This document shows, one piece after another, positions 1-10,381 of a DNA stretch of 64,000 nt; position 1 is the first letter of the stretch, and each line of letters begins with the position of its first letter. Source of the DNA: Bacteriovoracaceae bacterium (GTDB lineage Bacteria; Bdellovibrionota; Bacteriovoracia; Bacteriovoracales; Bacteriovoracaceae); NCBI GenBank assembly GCA_048270185.1, contig JBLWTJ010000001.1, forward strand, positions 1,536,001 through 1,600,000, read 5' to 3'. A program made the position numbers and the translations under genes. The notes beneath the pieces were generated by a model that saw only the letters and a program-made list of their open reading frames with translations, was not told the DNA's origin and ran no database searches.

Positions 1-69
1 TCGATCGTTTTGATCAAGACTAAAGAAGTCGTGATGAATTTCTTTTAAAGTTGTAAGGAAGTTTTTCAT
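1..69 (-). CDS. N-terminal part of a CDS running off the window (MKNFLTTLKEIHHDFFSLDQNDR...)
   Basis: ATG at 69-67 overlaps the TGA of the upstream ORF (ATGA coupling); frame is open to the window edge. Confidence 0.55.
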   Translation of the reverse strand, partial: MKNFLTTLKEIHHDFFSLDQNDR

Positions 70-650
70 TGTGTGATAACCATAAGCGAATATTTTTTAT
101 CTTCTAATTTTGAAAAAGAAGACAAATCAAGCCATTTAGAAGCATCAAGAGTTAAACTTGTTACCTCATTACTCTTATTTTCTGGATAAATTTCAACAAG
201 GTACTTACCCTCAACACGACGGCAAGTTAAATAAAAAGAATCTCCAGCAATATCTATTGAAAACGACTTATCTTCAATACCTATTAAATCTGTTATTCTT
301 TCAACTTTCTCCTCTTTTAATTTAGTTTCTTCTTTAAATTTAAATTTACAAAAACTATTTCTAAGAGTCGGTCTTGTACGAGAAACAAATTCATCAGGAA
401 ATTTTGATTTAATAATTTTAGCAATTAATTCAACTCTCTCAGGTAGAGTTGTGACATTGAGACAATGGCGATTAGAATCAATAGAGACTTTTTCTCCATC
501 AATTAAATATGATTTTAATTCGTATCGAATTTGATGAATTGGCTTCTTATTATTAAAGCAATAATCAGAAGCACTAACAGATGACGTTACAACTAGTGCA
601 GCAATAAGATATCTAAGAATCTTTTTGATCTTCCGGTAAGTAAGTATCAC
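66..650 (-). CDS. Hypothetical secreted protein
   Basis: ORF 66..692; likely GTG start at 650 after a GGAAGG-like RBS; signal-peptide-like KKILRYLIAALVVTSSVSA. Confidence 0.6.
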   Translation of the reverse strand: MILTYRKIKKILRYLIAALVVTSSVSASDYCFNNKKPIHQIRYELKSYLIDGEKVSIDSNRHCLNVTTLPERVELIAKIIKSKFPDEFVSRTRPTLRNSFCKFKFKEETKLKEEKVERITDLIGIEDKSFSIDIAGDSFYLTCRRVEGKYLVEIYPENKSNEVTSLTLDASKWLDLSSFSKLEDKKYSLMVITQ

Positions 651-1191
651 CCTTTTGTCCTTCCATGAACTCTTCAGCCGACTTATAGTCACAAAGACTT
701 AAAGTTGTTTGAAAATTAAACCCTTTAGGAAGTTTACCATCTTTTGCTAGATCGTCACATGAGCAAGAAAGTGTCTTCATGAAATCAAAGAACTTTGTGC
801 TCGTTTCTTCACTTAGTAGGTGTTCGATCATACAAGAGTCTTTTTCTGCAATATCTTCAGAGACACCGACAAAGTCTTTAAGAAAGTAATAAAGTAAAGT
901 TCGAGAAGTTAATGTTTTATGAACTTCATCATGACCAAGATCTGTTAATAGAAGAAACTTTGTATCATCTTCTTCTTTAACGAGGTCTCTTTTCTTAAGA
1001 TTATTTAAGGCAGTTGATACTGATCCTTTCGTTAAACCTAAGTCCTTTGCAATATCAGTTACACGAGCATAACCTTTTTCTTCTTTAAGCTTATGAATAG
1101 CCAAAAGGTAGTGAACCATTGAATGAGAAAGCTCTGCTTCTCTTGGCTTCTTATCTTTAGGAGTTGATGTCGTACTTGTTGTATTGGCCAT
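613..1191 (-). CDS. mntR: DtxR/MntR-family metal-dependent transcriptional regulator
   Basis: YLLAIHKL...ARVTDIAKDLGLTKGSVS winged HTH; AEKDSCMIEH metal-binding/dimerisation motif. Confidence 0.85.
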   Translation of the reverse strand: MANTTSTTSTPKDKKPREAELSHSMVHYLLAIHKLKEEKGYARVTDIAKDLGLTKGSVSTALNNLKKRDLVKEEDDTKFLLLTDLGHDEVHKTLTSRTLLYYFLKDFVGVSEDIAEKDSCMIEHLLSEETSTKFFDFMKTLSCSCDDLAKDGKLPKGFNFQTTLSLCDYKSAEEFMEGQKGDTYLPEDQKDS

Positions 1192-1427
1192 GATTTATCT
1201 CACAAATTAGGTTATGCCTCTAATCTAGCAATTTCAGGTATTATTGGCAAATCTCCATCGAGACATGCCCCAAATTCTGTGCAGCGATTTTCCAGTCTTA
1301 TTATAGCACACATAACTATAAATACCTGAAATTACGTATAAAATTTAAAGGCATATATTACACTCCTCCCCCACGATGCCACAGCATGTTAAAATCACTT
1401 ATAAACTAATAAAATTAAGGATAACCC

Positions 1428-3311
1428 ATGTTTAGAATCTGTTTGCCCCTATTGTTGATGCTCATAATGGCCACGCAAGGCTTTGCGCAGACAACAGATG
1501 GAACAGCTCCTAGTAAAGCCGATGTACAAAGTGGAAATCTCACGGACCAGCAGAAGCACGTCATGGAGAACTTTACTCACCAAGGATATCAGCAACGTGA
1601 AGCAGATGATCTCTGGGCCAAAGAATGTGGAACCAGTGAAGACTGTAAGAATATTCGAAATGGTGGAAATGCGACAGACGGTGAAAAATTTATGGGGATG
1701 AGTCCCTCTATGTTTAAGGCAGTGGGACAAGCTTACTCAATGATTATGCCTGCAATGGCACAAAGTGGTGATAGTAAATTTGGAAAAATTGATCGTACGA
1801 CAAAAGCCGATGTTGAAGCATCATGGTCTGAACGTGGGATGACAAAGAATGCTGATGGAGCTTATGAAGTTAGTAATCAAGAAGATTTTAATAAGTGGAA
1901 TAATAGTCAACCAGAACATAAGCGCTTTGGTGATGATGGTACTCGATTAAAGCAAAAACAAGTAACAAAGAGAACACCAGATGGAAAAGTTACAACAGAA
2001 ACAAAATACGTCGATAAAGATGGAAAGTTAACTGATAGTCCTGATGAAGCTGTCGTCGAAAAACAAGATGAGGTCGCTGCCCAAGAAGAAACTGATGCTG
2101 AAGAAAAAGAAGGTGAAGACTACTGTCAGTATATTCCAATGGGTACAGAAGTAATTGCAGGTGCGCTACAAAAAAGTTCGAATGAATTTGCACTAGCAAC
2201 ACAGCCTGAAATTGAAAACTCACAATCAGGGGCCATGTACAAACAAGCAAGAGCTCATAAAGATAGACAAAAATCAGTTGATATTCAAAGAAAAGGATGG
2301 GGCGCCACAACAGCATGTTACGCTATCGCCATGGCACAACCAGGTGGATACTCAAGCTGGACAAACTACGTAAAGCTAGGTGCTGCAGGTCTTATGACTT
2401 ATTATTATATGTGGGAATATGACCTTCATGATGGTGCAGCTAAAAAGCTAACAGATGTTGCAAACCAACTTAGTGGAAAAGGAAAATGTAATCCAGTTTC
2501 AGACCGCGACTGCTATTGTGGTCAACCAGAAACTCAAAATGATACACAATATTGTTATCCACAAATTCGTCAACGAATGGCCCAAAACAATAACTACCAA
2601 GTAACTTGTGTTGATAATAATGTTAAAGAAGACCCTACCTGTGCGTGTCGCCAAACAAATTCTTGCCTCGACTCAAGAGTTCAGGCAAAGATTAATGATA
2701 TGTACATTCCAGGAGGACTAGGGGCCAGCCTCGATGATTTCTATAAAATGACAAATGGTGTTTCTTCACCTGGAGGAGACACGAGTACATTCAAGGCCAG
2801 TAACGGTAAGTTATTTGCTTTTGCCAATGACAAACTAAAAGAAAATTTAAATAAAGTTAAGATTCCAGACTCTTATAAGAAGAAAGATGAAGGGGTTGCA
2901 TCCACACTAAGAAGCCTAGGTTTCGATGGAGCTGTGGCCAATGCACTATCAGCGGCACCAGAAACAAAAGAGAGTAAGGCAGCTGAAGATAAGCTAAAGA
3001 GAAGCTACCGTGGACTTTCAAGTAGAAACTCTAAAGTTGCCTATGCCAAGAAGAGAGATAATGGACTCTACTTCAGAGGTGGTTCAGGTCTTGATCAAAA
3101 GAAGTCAAATAAGAAGAATCAAGTTAACCCATTTGCAGACTTTATGAAAAAGAAGAAAAAGAAGAATGCACAGGCTTCTGCTGAAATTCTCGATTTTTCT
3201 CAAAAGGCCCAAAGAAATGCAGGAATAACAAAAGACAAATCAAGAAATATATTTGAGATCATATCAAGAAGATATCGATACACAGCAAGTAAGAAATTAG
3301 GTGTTCAATAA
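1428..3311 (+). CDS. Large secreted Cys-rich hypothetical protein
   Basis: 627-aa ORF, signal peptide, central Cys cluster, basic C-terminus ending IFEIISRRY. Confidence 0.8.
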   Translation: MFRICLPLLLMLIMATQGFAQTTDGTAPSKADVQSGNLTDQQKHVMENFTHQGYQQREADDLWAKECGTSEDCKNIRNGGNATDGEKFMGMSPSMFKAVGQAYSMIMPAMAQSGDSKFGKIDRTTKADVEASWSERGMTKNADGAYEVSNQEDFNKWNNSQPEHKRFGDDGTRLKQKQVTKRTPDGKVTTETKYVDKDGKLTDSPDEAVVEKQDEVAAQEETDAEEKEGEDYCQYIPMGTEVIAGALQKSSNEFALATQPEIENSQSGAMYKQARAHKDRQKSVDIQRKGWGATTACYAIAMAQPGGYSSWTNYVKLGAAGLMTYYYMWEYDLHDGAAKKLTDVANQLSGKGKCNPVSDRDCYCGQPETQNDTQYCYPQIRQRMAQNNNYQVTCVDNNVKEDPTCACRQTNSCLDSRVQAKINDMYIPGGLGASLDDFYKMTNGVSSPGGDTSTFKASNGKLFAFANDKLKENLNKVKIPDSYKKKDEGVASTLRSLGFDGAVANALSAAPETKESKAAEDKLKRSYRGLSSRNSKVAYAKKRDNGLYFRGGSGLDQKKSNKKNQVNPFADFMKKKKKKNAQASAEILDFSQKAQRNAGITKDKSRNIFEIISRRYRYTASKKLGVQ

Positions 3312-3329
3312 AAGTTAAAAGGTGTTTTC

Positions 3330-3716
3330 ATGGAAGAAAAATATCAAGTACCAATTCTCATCTTTGATGATGAATGTCCCCTATGTATTCGTTTTAAAGA
3401 CTCTCTGGCCCGTCTAGAAGGTGCAAAGAAGATTACCTTTATTAGTGTTAATGATGAAAAACTCTATCATGACTTTAAAGACCTCAATAAAGACGAATGT
3501 AAAGAAGTCGTCCACTACATATCAAGTGATAGTAAAATCCTAAAAGGAGAAGAGGTAATAGCACACCTTGCTAAACTCTACCCTCTTGTACATAAATTCA
3601 GCTGGCTTATTGAAAGTGATATGGGAAAGAAAGCGACGAGCTATTTCCATAAGACAACAAATGCATATAGAAAGATGCTTAAAAGAAAGTGTGCAAGCTG
3701 TATGAAAGGCGCGTAA
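3330..3716 (+). CDS. DCC1/DUF393 thiol-disulfide oxidoreductase-like protein
   Basis: LIFDDECPLC (DxxCxxC) N-terminal motif. Confidence 0.85.
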   Translation: MEEKYQVPILIFDDECPLCIRFKDSLARLEGAKKITFISVNDEKLYHDFKDLNKDECKEVVHYISSDSKILKGEEVIAHLAKLYPLVHKFSWLIESDMGKKATSYFHKTTNAYRKMLKRKCASCMKGA

Positions 3717-3721
3717 TTATA

Positions 3722-4402
3722 CTATCGCACAAGAGATCGTCTTGAAAACATACAACGATTATACGGCTCTAATGTCAGGGCCGTTAAAACCCAAGTCAAA
3801 CAAAACTCCGCGAATTGAACTTTATTCGAACTAGGGATAAAGATTGTAATAACCAAAAGAAATAAGAAAATAATAACGTGAGTTGCCTTAGGAACTGGTA
3901 GTGCATACTTATCGAAAATATCTTTTACCTTCTCTACTTTTAAATAAGTAATAGGAACAATAAAGAGATATGTAAAAAGAATCACTCTTAGACCTAAGTT
4001 CCAAGACTCGTGAGAAATACCGAGAGCAACTAGCCAGTTTTGAAAATTTGTTTCTAACAGAACTCCTGCAGAAGTTCTAAAAACTTCAGGAGAAGTCCAT
4101 CCAAAAACTCTTTGTCCCCAGCTCACTTCTTCAAAAGCACAAACCGTATAAATGATACCTAGAGCGACTAACATATTAAGGAACTTAGCATCACGAAATT
4201 TAGACAGAACCTTACGACGATAGAAGTAGCCAAAAGAAATCAAACAAAGACCTGTGAATGTTAACCATTCTAAAAGGCCACCATTAGAACTAAGGGCGTC
4301 ATCAAAATAAGCAAGATCAGTTCTCGACATATAGAGGCTGTATATACCAACTACTAAAATCACAAAGAATGAAATATATTCGGTCCATTTAACTTTAAAC
4401 AT
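3722..4402 (-). CDS. Multi-pass membrane protein (EExSWGQR family)
   Basis: Several TM segments, FEEVSWGQR and ETNFQN motifs; start trimmed to the ATG just after rpiB. Confidence 0.75.
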   Translation of the reverse strand: MFKVKWTEYISFFVILVVGIYSLYMSRTDLAYFDDALSSNGGLLEWLTFTGLCLISFGYFYRRKVLSKFRDAKFLNMLVALGIIYTVCAFEEVSWGQRVFGWTSPEVFRTSAGVLLETNFQNWLVALGISHESWNLGLRVILFTYLFIVPITYLKVEKVKDIFDKYALPVPKATHVIIFLFLLVITIFIPSSNKVQFAEFCLTWVLTALTLEPYNRCMFSRRSLVR

Positions 4403-4406
4403 ACGT

Positions 4407-4847
4407 TTAATTTTCACCGAGGTCTGCAAACATGTCAATGCGCGTCTGATGTCTGCCGCCTTCAAAGTCTGTCTTAAGCCAGATTTTAGTCATGGCCACA
4501 ACTTCTTCACTTGAAGAAATGCGACCACCAAAGCAAATAACATTTGAGTTATTATGCTCACGTGAAAGCCTAGCATCATCTAAAGAGTGGCAAAGAGCTG
4601 CACGAATTCCCTTAAATTTGTTGGCCACAATACTAACACCAATACCAGAACCACAAAGAAGAACCCCTCTTCCCTCTTTTTGGACAGCTCTTGCAAGTGC
4701 AACAGCATATTCAGGGTAGTGGCACGATTGCGTTGAATGAGTCCCTAGGTCCTCAACTTCATAGCCTTCTTCGATTAAGAAATTCTTTACTGCTTCTTTT
4801 TGTTCAAATGCGCCGTGGTCGGTTGCTAGGTAGATTTTCTTGCTCAT
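4407..4847 (-). CDS. rpiB: Ribose-5-phosphate isomerase B
   Basis: ATDHGA, CGSGIG, ANKFKGIRAA, REHNNSN, FEGGRH motifs. Confidence 0.95.
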   Translation of the reverse strand: MSKKIYLATDHGAFEQKEAVKNFLIEEGYEVEDLGTHSTQSCHYPEYAVALARAVQKEGRGVLLCGSGIGVSIVANKFKGIRAALCHSLDDARLSREHNNSNVICFGGRISSSEEVVAMTKIWLKTDFEGGRHQTRIDMFADLGEN

Positions 4848-4863
4848 GAATAAACCTCAAATA

Positions 4864-4890
4864 AGAAAGCCTCCTTACGGAGGCCTTTAT
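4864..4890 (-). terminator. Intrinsic terminator after ahcY
   Basis: GCCTCC-ttac-GGAGGC hairpin flanked by A/T tracts. Confidence 0.6.
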
Positions 4891-4912
4891 TTATTATATT
4901 AGCACGTACTGC

Positions 4913-6208
4913 TTAATATCTGTAATGCTCTGGTTTGAATGGACCTTGAACTGGAATATCTAGGTACTCAGCTTGCTCAGGAGTTAATGTATCGATTTCA
5001 ACATTAATTCTTTCAAGGTGAAGCATCGCAACTTTTTCATCCAGGTGCTTAGGTAGCATATAAACTTTATTCTCATACTTACCAGCATTTTCCCAAAGTT
5101 CCATTTGAGCAATAACTTGGTTACAGAATGAGTTAGACATAACAAATGATGGGTGACCAGTAGCACATCCAAGGTTAACTAGACGACCTTGAGCAAGAAG
5201 GATAATTCTTCTTCCATCTTTTGCAGTATACATATCAACCTGTGGCTTAATATTATCTTCTTCGTAGTTATTGTGTAGGTGAGAAATTTCGATCTCTGAA
5301 TCGAAGTGACCGATGTTACAAACAATCGCTCCATCTCTCATCTTATCTAGGTGTGAAGCATTGATAACTTTTAGACAACCAGTAGTTGTAACGAAGATAT
5401 CACCTTCAGCAGCTGCTTTATCCATTTTCATTACTTCAAAACCTTCCATCGCTGCTTGAAGAGCACAAATTGGATCGATTTCAGTAACGATAACTCTAGC
5501 TCCAAGACCTTTGAAAGATTGAGCTGAACCTTTACCAACATCACCATAACCAACAACAACACAAGTCTTACCTGCGATCATTACGTCAGTTGCACGCTTG
5601 ATACCGTCAACTAAAGACTCTCTACATCCGTAAAGGTTATCAAACTTAGACTTTGTAACAGAGTCATTGATATTGATAGCTGGCATTTTAAGAGTACCTT
5701 TTCTAACTCTTTCATATAATCTATGAACACCAGTTGTAGTTTCTTCAGAAAGACCTTTGATTCCATCGATTAATTCAGGGAATTTATCGTGAACCATATT
5801 TGTCAGGTCACCACCATCATCAAGAATCATATTAAGTGGAGAACCATCGGCCCACTTAAGAGTTTGCTCAATACACCAGTCGAATTCCTCTTCTGTCATA
5901 CCTTTCCAAGCAAATACAGGGATTCCAGCAGCGGCCATGGCAGCAGCAGCTTGATCTTGAGTTGAATAAATATTACATGAAGACCATCTTACTTCAGCAC
6001 CTAGCTCAACTAGAGTTTCCATAAGAACAGCAGTTTGAATTGTCATGTGAAGACAACCAGCAATTCTTGCACCTTTAAGTGGCTTAGAAGCACCAAATTC
6101 TTTACGAAGTGCCATTAGTCCTGGCATTTCAGTTTCAGCAATTTTAATTTCTTTTCTTCCCCAGTCTGCTAGAGAGATGTCTTTTACTTTGTAGTCTGTA
6201 AAGCTCAT
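4913..6208 (-). CDS. ahcY: Adenosylhomocysteinase (SAH hydrolase)
   Basis: [51 protein letters not shown]. Confidence 0.98.
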   Translation of the reverse strand: MSFTDYKVKDISLADWGRKEIKIAETEMPGLMALRKEFGASKPLKGARIAGCLHMTIQTAVLMETLVELGAEVRWSSCNIYSTQDQAAAAMAAAGIPVFAWKGMTEEEFDWCIEQTLKWADGSPLNMILDDGGDLTNMVHDKFPELIDGIKGLSEETTTGVHRLYERVRKGTLKMPAININDSVTKSKFDNLYGCRESLVDGIKRATDVMIAGKTCVVVGYGDVGKGSAQSFKGLGARVIVTEIDPICALQAAMEGFEVMKMDKAAAEGDIFVTTTGCLKVINASHLDKMRDGAIVCNIGHFDSEIEISHLHNNYEEDNIKPQVDMYTAKDGRRIILLAQGRLVNLGCATGHPSFVMSNSFCNQVIAQMELWENAGKYENKVYMLPKHLDEKVAMLHLERINVEIDTLTPEQAEYLDIPVQGPFKPEHYRY

Positions 6209-6404
6209 ATTTCCTCACTTTATGTATGAATAAATCTTATTCTATTTTATGTCAGAAACTATATCAGTATCCTGACCATCTTTGAACCCTCAAATACCTA
6301 TAAATGCGCTTTTTCATATGATGTGAGCTGGAAAAATGAACGATATTTTACCAACTTAGGCCTTTTTCTTTGACACACTCCGAAATAAAGCATAAATCCT
6401 GCCT

Positions 6405-7640
6405 ATGAATAAAAAGAACGGAAAGATGAAAGTCACTAATGACAAGAGTTTTTATTTTGCCTCTTGTCCTCGTGGGTGTGAACAATACTTAGTAAATGAG
6501 CTACGTGCAAACGGAATTGAGGCGCAGGCCGGCCGCGGTGGTGCTTCATTTAAGGCCCGCAATAAGAATACAATTGAATATATTTTCAATGCCAGAATTG
6601 CTTCACGTGTTTTTAAAGAAGTTGGCTTCTTCTATATTCGAGACGAAAAACAAATTTATAAGCGCTCAAGCGAACTTCCTTGGGAACAATATATTACGTC
6701 TGAGCAGACATTTAAAATCAATACCCTTCTTGATGGTGAGAGTAAGGAGCTTTTCAGAAGTTCAATCTTTCTTTCTCAAACTTTAAAGGACTCACTAGTT
6801 GATTTTATGCGCGACCGTTTTGGAAAGCGTCCAAGTGTTGAGACAAATAGTCCTGACGTTAGCTTCCTTCAACGTATTGAAAAAGTAAAAGAAGGCTGTA
6901 AGGTCATCGTTTACGCTGATATGGTAGGAACTTCTCTTGATAAACGTGGCTATCGTGAAAGCGGACACCGCGCTCCTTTAAGAGAAAACTTAGCAGCCTC
7001 AATTGTTGCTGAAACAAAATGGGATTGCCAAGGTCCATTCTATGATCCAATGGCCGGTTCAGGTACGATCCTTATTGAAGCAATTCTCTATTACGCTAAA
7101 TTATCACCTGCTTTTATTCGATTAAAGGCCGATACAACACCATATTCATTTATTAATCAACCATGGTTCCAAGAAGCTAACCTAGTAGATTGGTACTTTG
7201 ATAAAGTTCACGAAATTATCAATGACTCTCATCAAAAAGTTGAATCTATTCCAAGTGATAAATTCTTCTGTAATGATGTTGATGTTGAAAACTTCAAGCT
7301 CATTAGAACTCACCTTCTAAATTGCTTTGGTCGTGTGGACTTCATGAATTTTAATTGTGAAAACTTCATCAACTCTCAGGCCCCTAAAGGTTTTGAAAGA
7401 GGAATGATTCTTTTTAACCCTCCATATGGAGAGCGTATTCAAGCGGCCGGTGATCTTGAGATCAACGACTTCTATTATGAAATGGGTGAAACGCTTAAGA
7501 ATAATTTCGCAGGTAACACTGCCTTTATTCTGACGGCCCATGGACCACTGAGAAAGAATATTCGACTTAAGACTTCGAAGAAAACTGAGTTCTTAAATGG
7601 CGACATTGAATGCCGCCTTTTAAAATATGAATTAATGTAA
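6405..7640 (+). CDS. THUMP-domain class I RNA methyltransferase (RlmL/YpsC-like)
   Basis: KRGYR...APLRENLA, DPMAGSGTILIEA, NPPYGER. Confidence 0.9.
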   Translation: MNKKNGKMKVTNDKSFYFASCPRGCEQYLVNELRANGIEAQAGRGGASFKARNKNTIEYIFNARIASRVFKEVGFFYIRDEKQIYKRSSELPWEQYITSEQTFKINTLLDGESKELFRSSIFLSQTLKDSLVDFMRDRFGKRPSVETNSPDVSFLQRIEKVKEGCKVIVYADMVGTSLDKRGYRESGHRAPLRENLAASIVAETKWDCQGPFYDPMAGSGTILIEAILYYAKLSPAFIRLKADTTPYSFINQPWFQEANLVDWYFDKVHEIINDSHQKVESIPSDKFFCNDVDVENFKLIRTHLLNCFGRVDFMNFNCENFINSQAPKGFERGMILFNPPYGERIQAAGDLEINDFYYEMGETLKNNFAGNTAFILTAHGPLRKNIRLKTSKKTEFLNGDIECRLLKYELM

Positions 7641-7648
7641 ATCTAAAT

Positions 7649-8461
7649 TTAAGACTCTAAGAATTCAGTTAAGTTCATCGCAAGCTTTGGTAAGGCATAT
7701 TTAAGAAGGGCATTCTTATTTGAAACCTTATCCTTGTGCTTTGTCGATTTTGAAAAGAAGTAAGTGCTAATATCTGAATCTTTTAAGAACAGAGTATGTC
7801 CCTTTCCTGCAAACTTTCTAAGAACAAAGTCTGTATCAAGAAGACAGATATCGCGAATCATAAAGTTACGGGCCATATAGATAATGATAACCGTTGCCGA
7901 AAGATCACATAGTGATTTTCTAACTTTAACACCTTTTGGAGATGTTTGATCACCCCAGTGAACAACAACTTCAACTCTCTTATCCCCTGTATAGAAATCA
8001 AAACCTCGTTGTGAAGTTGATTTCTGTTGCTTAAGGCCAAAGATACACTTTGCATACCACTCACCTAGCTGCACAGGAAGTTTCTTTCCATTGAAGATAA
8101 TATGCTCATCACGAAGGATGTCATAAACTTTATTAACTGTTTCAATCGCATCAAAGATTCTCTTATTATCAGGTAAGTGAATAATCATCACTTCCTTTGC
8201 TTGAGTTCTTTTAAGCTTTCGAGAAAATTGCTTTTCATACCAATCCATAAACTCTTTATCACCAACAAGCTCTAAAGAATCATAGATAAAACCTTTACTG
8301 AGTAGAGTTGACTCATCAAAGGACTCTACTTTTTTACGCATGAAAGAAATTGGAGCATATAGGCCCTTTTCTTTCATAACGTAAACGTTATCTTTATAGT
8401 AGTCACTGCTACCATGGGTTGATTCATTAAAGAGATCAACTCCATTAATCATTGCTTCCAT
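7649..8461 (-). CDS. Hypothetical protein with a PD-(D/E)XK-like C-terminal region
   Basis: 270-aa ORF; LGEWYA...QRGFDFYTGDKRVEV resembles nuclease motifs I-III. Confidence 0.6.
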   Translation of the reverse strand: MEAMINGVDLFNESTHGSSDYYKDNVYVMKEKGLYAPISFMRKKVESFDESTLLSKGFIYDSLELVGDKEFMDWYEKQFSRKLKRTQAKEVMIIHLPDNKRIFDAIETVNKVYDILRDEHIIFNGKKLPVQLGEWYAKCIFGLKQQKSTSQRGFDFYTGDKRVEVVVHWGDQTSPKGVKVRKSLCDLSATVIIIYMARNFMIRDICLLDTDFVLRKFAGKGHTLFLKDSDISTYFFSKSTKHKDKVSNKNALLKYALPKLAMNLTEFLES

Positions 8462-8488
8462 TACTCACTTACCTTTGTGTTCAAATCA

Positions 8489-10213
8489 TTAAACATTAAT
8501 TGAAGTTAAGTCTTCTTCAAAATTTAGAACACTATGAGCGAGTCCAATATTTCGAGTTAACTGATATTGACAGAAAACTTTGAAATCATCGATCTTCGAT
8601 TGGTAGTACTTCTTCTCTTCTTCACTTGATGCTGTCTTAAGCTCTGTTTGAGCAATACATGCATGATCGAGAAGTAGCCAAGAAACCACAAGGTTTCCAC
8701 AGTATGTTAAGAAATCAGTACTGTGAGCAAGAACAGCGCCTTGATTCTTAGCTGCCATCATTGCACCAAATTTTTTAACAACTTGCTCACTCATCTCCAT
8801 TGATTTTCCAATCATTGAGACTTCGTGAGGGAATGATTTAGCTTCTTCTTTTTGCATTGTTGCTTGCACTTTCTTACCAACATTGAAGAATGTCTCTCCC
8901 TTGTCCATGAGAATTTTTCTCATAACAAAGTCGATGGCCTGAATACCATTTGTTCCTTCATAGATCGTTGCAATTTTTGTATCACGTGCAAATTGCTCAA
9001 TTCCGTATTCTGTACAGTAACCGTAACCACCGTGAACTTGAATTCCGTCATTAGCAATATTATATCCTTCATCAGTACAGTAAGCTTTACAAATAGGAGT
9101 AAAGAACGCGATTTCTTTTTCTGCTTCAGTATCGCCTTTATCTGCCTTATCAAAGAGATTACCTGTATAGAGAGACAGAGCTCTTAGCCCTCTTGCCGTT
9201 GATCTCATCTTAAGAAGCATTCTCTTAACATCTGGGTGAGAAATAATCTCTGTTCCAAATTGAGATCTTTCTTTTGCATATTGTTCAGTTAACTCAAAAC
9301 AAAGATTTGCTTGGGCTTCACCTTGTAATCCACAAAGAAGTCTCGCTTCGTTCATCATAATGAACATATTGGCCATACCATCAAACTCTTTACCAATAAG
9401 CTCACCAACACACTCACCGTGTTGACCAAAAGTCAGCTCACAAGTTGCTTGTGCGTGAATTCCCATCTTGTGTTCGATCTTCGTACACACAACATTATTT
9501 GATTCACCAGTCTCTACATTAAATCTTGGAACGATAAAAAGTGATAAACCTTTTGTCCCTTCTGGAGCACCTGGAGTTCTTGCAAGAACAAGGTGAATAT
9601 TATTTTCATAAAGATCACTCTCTCCTGATGAGATGAAGATCTTAACTCCATTGATCGCATACTTTCCGTTATCAAGTGGCTTTGCCGTTGTCTTTGCAGC
9701 ACCAACGTCTGAACCAGCACCTGGCTCAGTTAAGCACATTGTTCCACCCCATTCGCCAGTCATCATCTTAGTAACGAATAAGTCTTTTTGTTCTTGAGTT
9801 CCAACTTTAAGGATTACATTCATCGCACCTTGGGTTAGTCCGTAGTACATTGACCATGCAACGTTTGCACCAATGGCCTGAGACATCGTTGCAATTTTTA
9901 GGGCATGAGGAGCTGGCATTCCACCAATTTCTTCTGGGTAGCCTAGAGCATACCAACCGTTTTCATAATAACCCTTGTTGGCCTTATGAAAGACTTCTGG
10001 AACAATTACTTTTCCATCAACATGTTTAACACCAATCTCATCACTGATCTGACGAGTTGGGTAAACTTCATTTTCAATAAATTTGTCATGCTGAACTAAG
10101 ATGTCTCTTAAGTCTGCTTCCGCATAGCCCATCTCAGCTGCCTGATCCTGAATTCTGCACGTTTTAAATAGATTGAAATTCACATCCATTAAATCTGTAC
10201 GATACTTTGCCAT
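8489..10213 (-). CDS. Acyl-CoA dehydrogenase
   Basis: MCLTEPGAGSD, KIFISSG, EHKMGIH, QVHGGYGY, IYEGTNGIQ. Confidence 0.95.
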   Translation of the reverse strand: MAKYRTDLMDVNFNLFKTCRIQDQAAEMGYAEADLRDILVQHDKFIENEVYPTRQISDEIGVKHVDGKVIVPEVFHKANKGYYENGWYALGYPEEIGGMPAPHALKIATMSQAIGANVAWSMYYGLTQGAMNVILKVGTQEQKDLFVTKMMTGEWGGTMCLTEPGAGSDVGAAKTTAKPLDNGKYAINGVKIFISSGESDLYENNIHLVLARTPGAPEGTKGLSLFIVPRFNVETGESNNVVCTKIEHKMGIHAQATCELTFGQHGECVGELIGKEFDGMANMFIMMNEARLLCGLQGEAQANLCFELTEQYAKERSQFGTEIISHPDVKRMLLKMRSTARGLRALSLYTGNLFDKADKGDTEAEKEIAFFTPICKAYCTDEGYNIANDGIQVHGGYGYCTEYGIEQFARDTKIATIYEGTNGIQAIDFVMRKILMDKGETFFNVGKKVQATMQKEEAKSFPHEVSMIGKSMEMSEQVVKKFGAMMAAKNQGAVLAHSTDFLTYCGNLVVSWLLLDHACIAQTELKTASSEEEKKYYQSKIDDFKVFCQYQLTRNIGLAHSVLNFEEDLTSINV

Positions 10214-10326
10214 ATAATAGTCCTTTTTTAATACTAAAACAGATCTATTATAAACGATGTTCAGAATTCATGCACGGGTCGACACAAAATAGCCTAGCTA
10301 AATTAGGTTAATTCTTTGTCAAAAAA

Positions 10327-10358
10327 CAAAAAAGCACGGTGTTAAAACCGTGCTATTT
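10327..10358 (-). terminator. Intrinsic terminator after the lipoprotein gene
   Basis: AGCACGGT-gttaaa-ACCGTGCT hairpin with a U-tract on the minus strand. Confidence 0.65.
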
Positions 10359-10381
10359 ACTTGGTTAATTTATCTATAAGA

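Noticed and set aside
6209..6400. SAH or SAM riboswitch upstream of ahcY
   Set aside because: The leader is AT-rich with no recognisable aptamer consensus
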